DNA of 64,000 nt. Origin: Candidatus Hodarchaeota archaeon. Lineage in GTDB: Archaea; Asgardarchaeota; Lokiarchaeia; Sigyniarchaeales; SOKP01. The notes beneath the pieces were generated by a model. That model saw only the letters and a list, made by a program, of their open reading frames with translations, had not been told where the DNA came from and made no database searches. The translations under genes were made by a program, and so were the position numbers. This document shows, piece by piece, positions 40,386-51,204 of this stretch. Positions within the stretch are counted from its first letter, which is position 1; each line of letters opens with the position of its first letter. The stretch covers positions 352,001 to 416,000 of the forward strand of contig JBHLJY010000001.1 of NCBI GenBank assembly GCA_048887225.1. Reading direction: 5' to 3'.

Positions 40386-41392
40386 CAATGCTTTCACCAA
40401 TTGCTTGGCGTACACCACCCAGACATTATGGTCCTTGGGAGTCTGTAGTTTCTTTATTAACAGAAGGATTAGTTGATAAGGGAATAGAAATAACCTTATT
40501 TGCTACAAAGGATTCAATAACAAAAGGGCATTTAGTAGGTGTGTGTCCCCGGGGTTATGAGGAGGACAATGAACTCATGCCAAAGGTATGGGAATGCTTA
40601 CATATATCTGAATTATTTGAGAGGGGAGATGAATTCGATCTTATTCACAATCATTTTGATTATCTCCCGCTAACTTATATGAAGATGACAAAAACTCCAA
40701 TATTAACAACTATTCATGGTTTTTCTTCTCCTAAAATACTTCCTGTGTATAAAAAATATAATAAAAATTGTTATTATATATCTATTAGTAATGCAGATCG
40801 CCATCCAGATTTAAATTATATGTCAACAATATGTCATGGTATTAATCTTAGCCAATTTACATTTAAATCTGAAGTAGGAGATTATCTACTCTTCTTTGGT
40901 CGAATTCATCATGATAAAGGTGCTTGGGAAGCAATTCAAATTGCTCTTAAGTTTGGAATGAAATTGATATTAGCAGGTATTATCCAAGATGAAATTTATT
41001 TCGAAAAAAGGATAAAGCCATATTTAAACCAAGATAATATTAACTATATTGGTATTGTAGATACGAAAACAAGAGATAAGCTTTTAGGGGGAGCATTTGC
41101 CTTACTTCACCCAATTAATTTTAATGAACCATTTGGGTTATCTGTTATTGAGGCAATGGCCTGTGGTACACCTGTAATTGCGTATAATAAAGGCAGCATG
41201 CACGAGGTTATAAATGACGGGAAAACGGGATTTTTAGTCAATTCAATTGAAGGTGCTGTAAGCTCATTAAAAAGAATCGAAAGCATCAATCGAAATGAAT
41301 GTCGAAAATGGGTTGAAAAAAAATTTAGTGTCGATCGAATGGTGGAAGATTATATTCAAGTTTATAAAAAAATTTTAGCTAAGACTAAATAA
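40376..41392 (+). CDS. GT4 glycosyltransferase
   Basis: PPRHYGPWE, GRIHHDKG, EPFGLSVIEAMACGTPVI. Confidence 0.92.
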   Translation: MHVAMLSPIAWRTPPRHYGPWESVVSLLTEGLVDKGIEITLFATKDSITKGHLVGVCPRGYEEDNELMPKVWECLHISELFERGDEFDLIHNHFDYLPLTYMKMTKTPILTTIHGFSSPKILPVYKKYNKNCYYISISNADRHPDLNYMSTICHGINLSQFTFKSEVGDYLLFFGRIHHDKGAWEAIQIALKFGMKLILAGIIQDEIYFEKRIKPYLNQDNINYIGIVDTKTRDKLLGGAFALLHPINFNEPFGLSVIEAMACGTPVIAYNKGSMHEVINDGKTGFLVNSIEGAVSSLKRIESINRNECRKWVEKKFSVDRMVEDYIQVYKKILAKTK

Positions 41393-41465
41393 AAAGATGA
41401 TATTATTACCATGGTCATGTCTAAAATTTGTAATTAAAAAGAATTTACAGGGAAGAAAACATTAA

Positions 41466-41960
41466 TTGAATAAAGAACAACTTTTAAAACTCTGTTTTAG
41501 GATGAAAACTATTGAAAAATTAGATTGGAAAGAGAGCTTAGTAAAAAGTTTAATTTATAGATTTATGACAATATTTCTTGGATTTTTAACTGTTTATATT
41601 ATTACTGGTAGCTTTATCATTGCATTAGGAGTGGCTTTATTAACCGAATTCGTTCAATTTATGTTTTATTTCGTCTATGAAATTATGTGGACGAATCTGA
41701 TTACTAGAAAAAGAATAATAGAGGAATTAAAACAAACAATTGATTTACAATTGAATTATAATGTGATATTAGAGCTTGCTTATCAATTGAGTCAAACCGA
41801 TACTTTTATAGGAGAAGTATATCTTTCAGCTCATAATTTTCTTAAAAGTATATTAGAGAATGAGGATTTAAAAGATATTCATAATGAAGTTTCAAAATAT
41901 TACCAACATTTTCAATATACTCATAGAAATAGAGAATTTGGTACGTATCAGGTGAATTAG
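41466..41960 (+). CDS. DUF2061-like membrane protein with C-terminal helical extension
   Basis: ESLVKSLIYR...YIITGS...YFVYEIMW. Confidence 0.65.
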   Translation: MNKEQLLKLCFRMKTIEKLDWKESLVKSLIYRFMTIFLGFLTVYIITGSFIIALGVALLTEFVQFMFYFVYEIMWTNLITRKRIIEELKQTIDLQLNYNVILELAYQLSQTDTFIGEVYLSAHNFLKSILENEDLKDIHNEVSKYYQHFQYTHRNREFGTYQVN

Positions 41961-41996
41961 ATCTAACTCTGGTTTGGACTATACCATTCCTTTTAA

Positions 41997-42018
41997 TAAA
42001 TGAAGGAGTCTTCATTTA
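41997..42018. other. Perfect hairpin TAAATGAAG-GAGT-CTTCATTTA
   Basis: 9-bp stem and 4-nt loop, 37 bp after the 41960 stop. Confidence 0.55.
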
Positions 42019-42234
42019 CAATCAAAATAAGGAATATCAGCAGAATTAATAATCATTTTATTCTTTTAAATCTAATTTAATATAAGTTTCCATTTGTCCT
42101 TACTAATTTCTTATTAAATGTCTATTTTCTTCTTGAAAAAGATAAGTTTAAATCTAACTAAGATTTTATTTATTCTCATAATCAAATTAGTTAAGCATAT
42201 TCAGAAAGAACATTTTCGCTATTAGCATTTAAAT

Positions 42235-43182
42235 ATGTTGAATGTTCAAAAAATCTTTAACAACATGGCAGATGAATATGATAACATATCTGATTTATGG
42301 TATTCTTGGCTTTTTTCTCGACTCCATTATTTAATCGCTTCCAACATTTTATGTAGAAAAATTCCAATGAAAGTTTTAGATGTTGGATGTGGAACAGGTT
42401 TTCAATCATATCTTTATGCTCAAGCAGGTTGTGAAGTTTATGGGATAGATATTGCTAATGATTTAATAGAAATAGCAAAAAAAAAGTTACAATCTTTTAA
42501 CTCTGAAAGATTTGAATTATTTTCACCATATTTTGATTATGTAAAACGCTATAACCAACTAATAAAACAAATAATTAAAAATAATGGATGCAAAAGTAAA
42601 TATATTCCCCCTAAGTTTTTTGAAGGAAATGCTATTAATATTCAATTTAACAACGAAGAATTCGATCATATTAACTGCTGTGGGAGTACATTAAATTTCA
42701 TTCCTAGATATAAAAAAGCAATTTCAGAAATTTCAAGAGTATTAAAAAGAAATGGTACTTTCTTTATTGAAGTAGATAACAGATGGAATTTTGATATTAT
42801 ATGGTATGTTTTAGATCCGTTATTTCGAGGTAAATTTGAATATAACCATGATTTTAAAACTGGTTTAAAAATCTTAATTAGGAAACCTACTCGTAATATA
42901 TGGGTTGATTATCCCTTTGGAGATTATGATAAACCTGTGAAGATGAGGGTAAAATTATTTACTGTCTATTCACTTAAACGTATTTTGTTAAATTATGGTT
43001 TAAAAGTAGAAAAAAAGTGGACTATTCATTCAATTACAAATTTGATCCCCTACACTCTTTTAGACTGTTCAAAACCTACCCAGAAATTAATTTCAAGATT
43101 TAAATTTTTAGCAAGATTGGAAGAGAAGTTTTCTTTTAAAATGCCAGGTTCAAGTTTATTACTATTTGGTCAAAAAATTTAG
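42235..43182 (+). CDS. Class I SAM-dependent methyltransferase (UbiE-like)
   Basis: VLDVGCGTG, GIDI, EISRVLKRNG. Confidence 0.88.
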   Translation: MLNVQKIFNNMADEYDNISDLWYSWLFSRLHYLIASNILCRKIPMKVLDVGCGTGFQSYLYAQAGCEVYGIDIANDLIEIAKKKLQSFNSERFELFSPYFDYVKRYNQLIKQIIKNNGCKSKYIPPKFFEGNAINIQFNNEEFDHINCCGSTLNFIPRYKKAISEISRVLKRNGTFFIEVDNRWNFDIIWYVLDPLFRGKFEYNHDFKTGLKILIRKPTRNIWVDYPFGDYDKPVKMRVKLFTVYSLKRILLNYGLKVEKKWTIHSITNLIPYTLLDCSKPTQKLISRFKFLARLEEKFSFKMPGSSLLLFGQKI

Positions 43183-43204
43183 AAAATTAATTGATATCAT
43201 TATT

Positions 43205-44206
43205 TTAAATAATCTTTAATCTTTGGAATAAACCAGTAACCAGAATCGGTAGCGCTATTGTAGCATCACACCAAACACTCACATATTGAGAGTCAAGAGC
43301 ATACTTGCCCCATGATTTAGATTCTGAAATTGTACAACCTGATAAACCACCATCATATTCCGTTGCTGTATGAATACGGACAGAGTATTTATATCCACAC
43401 TCAATTCCATGTTCTCTTAATCCTTCAAGATTATCTAAATATGGAAAGATTTGTTGTGCCCAATTTCTCGGTACACCACCACCAACAAGAAATAATCCAG
43501 CTTTCTTATATGTTTTTATAATTTTTGCAAATTTTTTAACATCCTCAAAGATGTTAAAATTAAATTCATATCCCTCCTTAACAGTGAATTTAATTAAATC
43601 TAGCGATAATTCAGAGTCGCTAAAAGCAGGGATAAAGATTGGAAGATTATGTTTAGCAGCAAGGGAAAGAATGCATCTTTTATCTATTTTATTTCCAATT
43701 TGTTTTAAAAATTCAGAGGGAGAAATTTCTATCTTTTTATCCTTAAATACTTCATTTATTATCTCTAGAAGCTTATTCTCTGTTGTTATATAATTATCCT
43801 CAGGGAGTAATATATCATAAATTCGATTAATTTTAAGGTTATAGAGCTCATTATCATCGACATTAGAGCTTCCTATATAATGTCCGATATTAACGATAGC
43901 GTCAACTAAATCATGGGTAATAATAGCACCTGTAGTTATCAACACATCAATAATATTATGTTCAATTAATGAGCAAATTAATCCACCCATACCTGCTGGA
44001 ACCATTGCTCCAGAAAGGGCTAAAACTTTTAGACATTCATTATCTGAAACCATTTTTTCAAGGATATCAAGTGCGTGTCCTAAATTTCTTCCTTGGAATC
44101 CACAGTATTTAAGATTTTCCAAAAGATCTTCTATAGATCTAATTTTATATACATCGAAGGGAATAACTTTCTTTATCAAATAATCGTCTTTAATTTGATG
44201 TCTCAT
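43205..44206 (-). CDS. dys: Deoxyhypusine synthase
   Basis: LSGAMVPAG, TTGAIITHD, GGGVPRN, DGGLSGCTISESKSWGK (catalytic Lys), DATIALP. Confidence 0.92.
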   Translation of the reverse strand: MRHQIKDDYLIKKVIPFDVYKIRSIEDLLENLKYCGFQGRNLGHALDILEKMVSDNECLKVLALSGAMVPAGMGGLICSLIEHNIIDVLITTGAIITHDLVDAIVNIGHYIGSSNVDDNELYNLKINRIYDILLPEDNYITTENKLLEIINEVFKDKKIEISPSEFLKQIGNKIDKRCILSLAAKHNLPIFIPAFSDSELSLDLIKFTVKEGYEFNFNIFEDVKKFAKIIKTYKKAGLFLVGGGVPRNWAQQIFPYLDNLEGLREHGIECGYKYSVRIHTATEYDGGLSGCTISESKSWGKYALDSQYVSVWCDATIALPILVTGLFQRLKII

Positions 44207-44281
44207 ATATTAAGAAAATGTTTAAATAAATAAATTATTAATTATTATTATTAAAATATATAAAACAAATTCTTCCGAAAT

Positions 44282-44830
44282 ATGTCATTAGTACCAAAAT
44301 CGGTGTTCTTTGTAAAGGGTAAGGGTTTTCATAAATCAAAATTAGGTTCTTTTGAACAAGCTTTAAGATCTGCTGGTATTGCTAAATATAATTTAGTTGA
44401 AGTAAGTTCAATATTGCCCCCTTACTGTATTGAAATTCCAAAAGAGGATGGATTAGCTCAACTTCGTGCTGGACAAGTAGTATATGTTGTAAAGAGTCGT
44501 GCGAGCAGTAATGAATTCAATCGTTTAATTTCAGCTTCTATAGGTGTTGCTAAACCTGCTGACCAAAGAATATATGGTTATTTAAGTGAACATCATGCCT
44601 TCGGAGTAAAACCCGAAAAAGCAGGAGAATTTTCTGAAGATTTAGCAGCGGAAATGTTAGCAAGTACTTTAGGTGTTCCATTTGATCCTGAAGCAGATTA
44701 TGATGAAAAAAGAGAAATTTTTAGAATGGACGGAAAAATTGTTGAAACGAAGAATATAACAGAATCCGCAACTGTTAGAGAAGAAAATGAATGGGCTACG
44801 GTGATAGTAGCAGCTGTTTTTATAATATGA
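44282..44830 (+). CDS. pdaD: Pyruvoyl-dependent arginine decarboxylase
   Basis: SFEQALRSAGIAKYNLVEVSSILPP (Ser-Ser cleavage site), GYLSEHH. Confidence 0.93.
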   Translation: MSLVPKSVFFVKGKGFHKSKLGSFEQALRSAGIAKYNLVEVSSILPPYCIEIPKEDGLAQLRAGQVVYVVKSRASSNEFNRLISASIGVAKPADQRIYGYLSEHHAFGVKPEKAGEFSEDLAAEMLASTLGVPFDPEADYDEKREIFRMDGKIVETKNITESATVREENEWATVIVAAVFII

Positions 44831-45149
44831 ACTATTATAAATAATTATTGCATTTCTTTAACTTATAAACGTTATTCAAAATCAATATAACTATAATCTA
44901 AAAGTACCAAGCTAAAATACCTTAAAATTTAGAGCTTTAATCTGAAACGATAGAGCTATAATTAAGCTAACATAAATATCAATTCAGTTAATTAATTCTA
45001 AATTCCTATTCTTTTTTAAAAAGAGAGCAATTTTTGCTTAGTTAATTTTTTTTAAAAATCTTTAAATATGATTTTTGATATAATAGATAATTGAAAAATA
45101 GCAATAATTTCAACCTATTTTAAGAAAATTAAAAACGGAGGTCTTTAAA

Positions 45150-45311
45150 ATGAAACCCATTATTCAAAATGAACCAAAGAAAAATAAAAAAGATAGAGAT
45201 TGGGAAGAAGATGAGGAAGATGAGGAAGAGGAAGATGTTGAATACGATGAAGATTATGAAGACTTTGATGAATATGACGAAGAAGATTATGAAGTTGATT
45301 ATTTTGATTGA
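45150..45311 (+). CDS. Small hyper-acidic protein (53 aa, not in ORF track)
   Basis: MKPIIQNEPKKNKKDRDWEEDEEDEEEEDVEYDEDYEDFDEYDEEDYEVDYFD; SD GGAGGT at 45137-42; upstream AAAAATCTTTAAATAT promoter. Confidence 0.75.
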   Translation: MKPIIQNEPKKNKKDRDWEEDEEDEEEEDVEYDEDYEDFDEYDEEDYEVDYFD

Positions 45312-45654
45312 ATCAATCTCCCTACATTAACTCTCGACAAATAAATATTAAAAACCTAAATAAAAAAAGCCAAAGAAAAGACCTGTGGGGAGATAGAATA
45401 AAATAAACTTAATAGACACAAAACAGTTAGATCAACTAGACAGAAAATGTGAATTTTGTGGAAAAACATTAAATAAGAGTAAAAACATAAAAAATAACCA
45501 TTATAACAAAATAACAAATAAAACCCATTATTTTTGCAGTCTCAGGTGTAAAGCCCAATGGTGTTATAAACAAGCTAGAAATTGAAAGAATTGAACATTA
45601 AATCAATATAAGCAAAAGAATGAAGCCTCATGAAATGTCAATATAGACTTTAAC

Positions 45655-45879
45655 CTACTCTCTCCAATCTTCTTCATCAAAAACGACGGCCGTGAATTGG
45701 ATTTTATCATCAGAGACATCGATAATAGTAAAAGGTGCGCCACAATCTTTACATTCAATAACATCGTCTACTTCTGCATCTTCGATCAGATTCTCAAAGT
45801 AGCATTCGGTGCATTCCATTTTGAACTTGCCATCTTCTGTTTTTGTACCCTCATATATTTTTTCAGCCATATACATCAC
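45655..45879 (-). CDS. lysW: LysW-like amino-group carrier protein
   Basis: CTEC...CKDC zinc finger, acidic, C-terminal EEDWRE; adjacent to the kinase and ATP-grasp ligase genes. Confidence 0.85.
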   Translation of the reverse strand: MMYMAEKIYEGTKTEDGKFKMECTECYFENLIEDAEVDDVIECKDCGAPFTIIDVSDDKIQFTAVVFDEEDWRE

Positions 45880-45944
45880 CGTTATTAATTATAATAATAA
45901 GATAAATTTTAATTACTATTTTTATTTTTTGGCGTAAATTAATA

Positions 45945-46754
45945 TTAAGCAGTTATAATTGTGCAATTCTCATTATTAAGAGCTTTTAAAATTGGATTCT
46001 TTCGTAGACCAGATCCGATAATAACTTGTTTAATTCCTTCACTGGCAGATTGTAAGGCTGCAATAATCTTAGTTTTCATACCTCCAGTTACGTTTTCAAG
46101 GATTGATTCGGCGGTTTGACTATTTATATGATTTATAAGTTTATTATCTTCATCTAAAACACCATCGACATCAGTTAATAGTATTAATTTATCAGCTTTA
46201 GTCGCTACTGCGATTGCATTAGATATTCTATCACTATCACAACCAACAATCTCATTATCTTCACTAATAGCAACGGAGGCTAAAACTGGAATATAATCTT
46301 TATTCCAGAGTGTTTCAATTAATTGAACATTCAGTTTAGAAGGTTTTCCAGTGTAGTTCTCCTTGAGTTTTTTTTTCCCATTAATAATTACCATTGCTTT
46401 CTTAAATCTATCGGTAGTAATCAAATTTCCATCAACTCCTGAAATTCCAACAGCGGGAAGATCATTTGCAATCATTTCTTTTACAATTCGTTTATTATTT
46501 AGACCAGCCACAACCATTATATAAATGTCTCTGGTTTCTTCATCTACATAACGGGCCTTATATCCTTTTGTAGAGTAAGTAAAAATCTGGGGCTTACCCA
46601 TTTTTTCCGCAACAGCAGTAATTATATCGGCTCCAGCATGGCATAAAATTATCTTTTTATTTTCACCATGTAATTTGATTAAATCTGAGATTACATAATC
46701 CAGATTTTCCTTTAGTAAATCGCCACCTATTTTAATAACAATCTTTTCTGACAT
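45945..46754 (-). CDS. lysZ: [LysW]-aminoadipate/glutamate kinase (LysZ/ArgB)
   Basis: IVIKIGG, SGVDG, LLTDVDGV, VTGGMKTKI. Confidence 0.85.
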   Translation of the reverse strand: MSEKIVIKIGGDLLKENLDYVISDLIKLHGENKKIILCHAGADIITAVAEKMGKPQIFTYSTKGYKARYVDEETRDIYIMVVAGLNNKRIVKEMIANDLPAVGISGVDGNLITTDRFKKAMVIINGKKKLKENYTGKPSKLNVQLIETLWNKDYIPVLASVAISEDNEIVGCDSDRISNAIAVATKADKLILLTDVDGVLDEDNKLINHINSQTAESILENVTGGMKTKIIAALQSASEGIKQVIIGSGLRKNPILKALNNENCTIITA

Positions 46755-46786
46755 AGATCTTAATTACATCCTTAATTTTTATTATT

Positions 46787-47935
46787 TTAGATTATATTGC
46801 TAACAGCACATTCCACTATTCCACGAGCTACTTTACCCTCGCTAAACATGTGAGTTAGATCTCCAAAATCGATTGTAGCATTAGCCTCACTCGCAAAAAG
46901 ATTTGCCTTGCTAGCTCCGTCAGTAAGCAACTTTCTTAATTCATGATAGACATCAAGATTCATATATTTATCCATATCTGAATGAAACTTTTTATCTTTG
47001 GCCTCAAAATCCACTTTAAATTGTTTTTTCATGTGAGTTAATTTAAATTCTTCTGAGTTTTTTAGTTGAATTCCAAGATCTCTTACAGTATTTCTTAGGT
47101 CTATATCATCGGAATTAACTATTATATCAATCCCTAATAGTATGCCTCGATCTTTAATCCTATCCAATTTATTGGCACCATCTAAGACAGACTGGCACAT
47201 TTTATATGACAATGATTTAACTCTATCAGAGATCTCAAATTTAACTGAGGGGTTGCCTTGAGAAGTGTTAGCGACTATATATTCCTTCAGAGGGATTCTA
47301 AATAATGCCGCAAATATTTCTAAAGGTGAGCCCTTCTTTTTACCAACCACTACTCTGATATCTGCAATATGAGACTTGTATTGTTGAACATATAAGCCCC
47401 ATGGATTTGCAAGGATTCGTTGGTCATCATATAAATATTTATTTAATTGTTCCCGGTTTTTAATAAATGTGACCTTCCAGCCACGACCACCCCCAGTTGG
47501 TTTAATTACAACGGGGTAATCAAACTGGCTTTCAATATTATTTATAATAGATTTTCTAATCGTTTTAACTCTTAATCTTGGGAAATTTGTGATTGGAATC
47601 CAGACTGTCGGTGTTGACTGAATCTTAGCAGCTTCAAAGCATGCAGTCGTCAATGTTTTATTATCACAAATAGTTGTGACGCTGGGATTATTAAATAATT
47701 CATATTCATTGAATGATAACATTGGTTGAATATAATTTACCTGAGACATTAAACCTAATCGGTTAATAATGACGGAGTCTTTTCTATAATCCTTTATAGG
47801 CTTCAGCAAAGGCCAACCAACATCCTCCACAGAAAATATTTGATATGAATATCCTAAATCCTCTGAGGCTTGTTGAATTCTTTTAATTTCTAACCAATCA
47901 CTTCTATATCCCGATAATATTATTATATCTGGCAT
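46787..47935 (-). CDS. lysX: RimK/LysX/ArgX-family ATP-grasp ligase (divergent)
   Basis: CDNK, YPVVIKPTGGGRGWKV, YVQQY, DIRVVV, ANTSQG, GIDII...EAN. Confidence 0.75.
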   Translation of the reverse strand: MPDIIILSGYRSDWLEIKRIQQASEDLGYSYQIFSVEDVGWPLLKPIKDYRKDSVIINRLGLMSQVNYIQPMLSFNEYELFNNPSVTTICDNKTLTTACFEAAKIQSTPTVWIPITNFPRLRVKTIRKSIINNIESQFDYPVVIKPTGGGRGWKVTFIKNREQLNKYLYDDQRILANPWGLYVQQYKSHIADIRVVVGKKKGSPLEIFAALFRIPLKEYIVANTSQGNPSVKFEISDRVKSLSYKMCQSVLDGANKLDRIKDRGILLGIDIIVNSDDIDLRNTVRDLGIQLKNSEEFKLTHMKKQFKVDFEAKDKKFHSDMDKYMNLDVYHELRKLLTDGASKANLFASEANATIDFGDLTHMFSEGKVARGIVECAVSNII

Positions 47936-48008
47936 TTTGGAGGTGGTAATTTTTTTTTATAGTTGTACTTATATATATTGACAATAAGTAAAGAAATTTA
48001 TGAAATAA

Positions 48009-48074
48009 AGAATCATTAAAACGAAACCTCATGGAATGAAAATCTTGAAAAACTTCTTAGAATCAAAGGAGTAG
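48009..48074 (+). pseudogene. Scar homologous to the trpG 3' end
   Basis: 47 of 55 nt identical to 29849-29903 by manual alignment; reads IKTKPHGMKILKNFLESKE* vs IKMKPHGITILKNFLKL*. Confidence 0.75.
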
Positions 48075-48147
48075 AACTCAAAATTAGTTTCGAAAGAAGA
48101 ATATAAGAACAAAACAAAAAAATTTATACTCAGGGAATATTAAGCTA

Positions 48148-50391
<2,244 letters not shown>

Positions 50392-50588
50392 TTAAATTTA
50401 TAGAGAATCTAAATCAGATTATCAGAAAGATCCCTAAATAATAACTATTATTATTTAATTATAGTTTTTAAAAAAGATTATGTCTTTATCTTATAAGTAA
50501 AAGAAATAATTTATCTTGGAAGAACAAAAGTAAATTTTTTCTTCCGAAATAAAGTATATAAAATGACTCGTAGCGTTTAGTTATAATT

Positions 50589-51005
50589 ATGAAAGAACAA
50601 TCCGAATTAGAACTAGATGATAAGAAACCCCGTAAAAAAATTGTAAAAGCCTTATATTTTACTGGGGGAACTATTTCATTGATTTTAGGAATAATAGGAA
50701 TTGTTCTCCCCATATTGCCAACAACTCCTTTTCTTTTACTCGCAGCGGCGTGCTTTGCTAGAAGTTCTGAGAGATTTTACAATTGGCTCTTAAATAACAG
50801 ATTTCTTGGCTCATATATTAGAAACTATAAAGAAGGAAAAGGAATGCCAAAAAAAATCAAAATTTTTACTATTTCTCTGTTATGGATAACAATTCTCTTA
50901 ACATCGTTCATTTTTATAAAAATTGTATGGATTAGATATATTCTAATCATCATTGCTATAGCTGTAACAATACATATTATTTTAATACGCCCAAAAAAAG
51001 TGTAA
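50589..51005 (+). CDS. YbaN/DUF454 membrane protein
   Basis: LGIIGIVLPILPTTPFLLLAAACFARSSERFYNWL. Confidence 0.9.
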   Translation: MKEQSELELDDKKPRKKIVKALYFTGGTISLILGIIGIVLPILPTTPFLLLAAACFARSSERFYNWLLNNRFLGSYIRNYKEGKGMPKKIKIFTISLLWITILLTSFIFIKIVWIRYILIIIAIAVTIHIILIRPKKV

Positions 51006-51204
51006 AAGTGAGAGCAAATTAAATAACTCTGGTTTAAAATAATCTTTTATTTGGATTTAATGAGAATAAAATATTTAAGAAATTTAGACTGATTTTTTCA
51101 TTATTGTTAATTTAAAGAAATAAAAATATTTTATTTATAATAGATATACATAGATTTATGCATAATATTATAATTGTATCTTTATTATTCTAAATTATAA
51201 AAGG

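Noticed and set aside
45330-45640. Possible decayed membrane-protein gene on the minus strand (also about 30400-30780 and 44840-45000)
   Set aside because: Hydrophobic-looking frames with stops are expected in T-rich DNA, and no homolog was recognised.
47936-47950. Anti-SD-like CCACCTCC just upstream of lysX (GGAGGTGG on the + strand)
   Set aside because: No credible + strand ORF follows; a single short match is insufficient.
47936-48147. Lys/Arg-rich leader peptide for lysXZW analogous to the trp leader
   Set aside because: None found; the TATA-like element lies only about 35-45 bp from the start, leaving no room.
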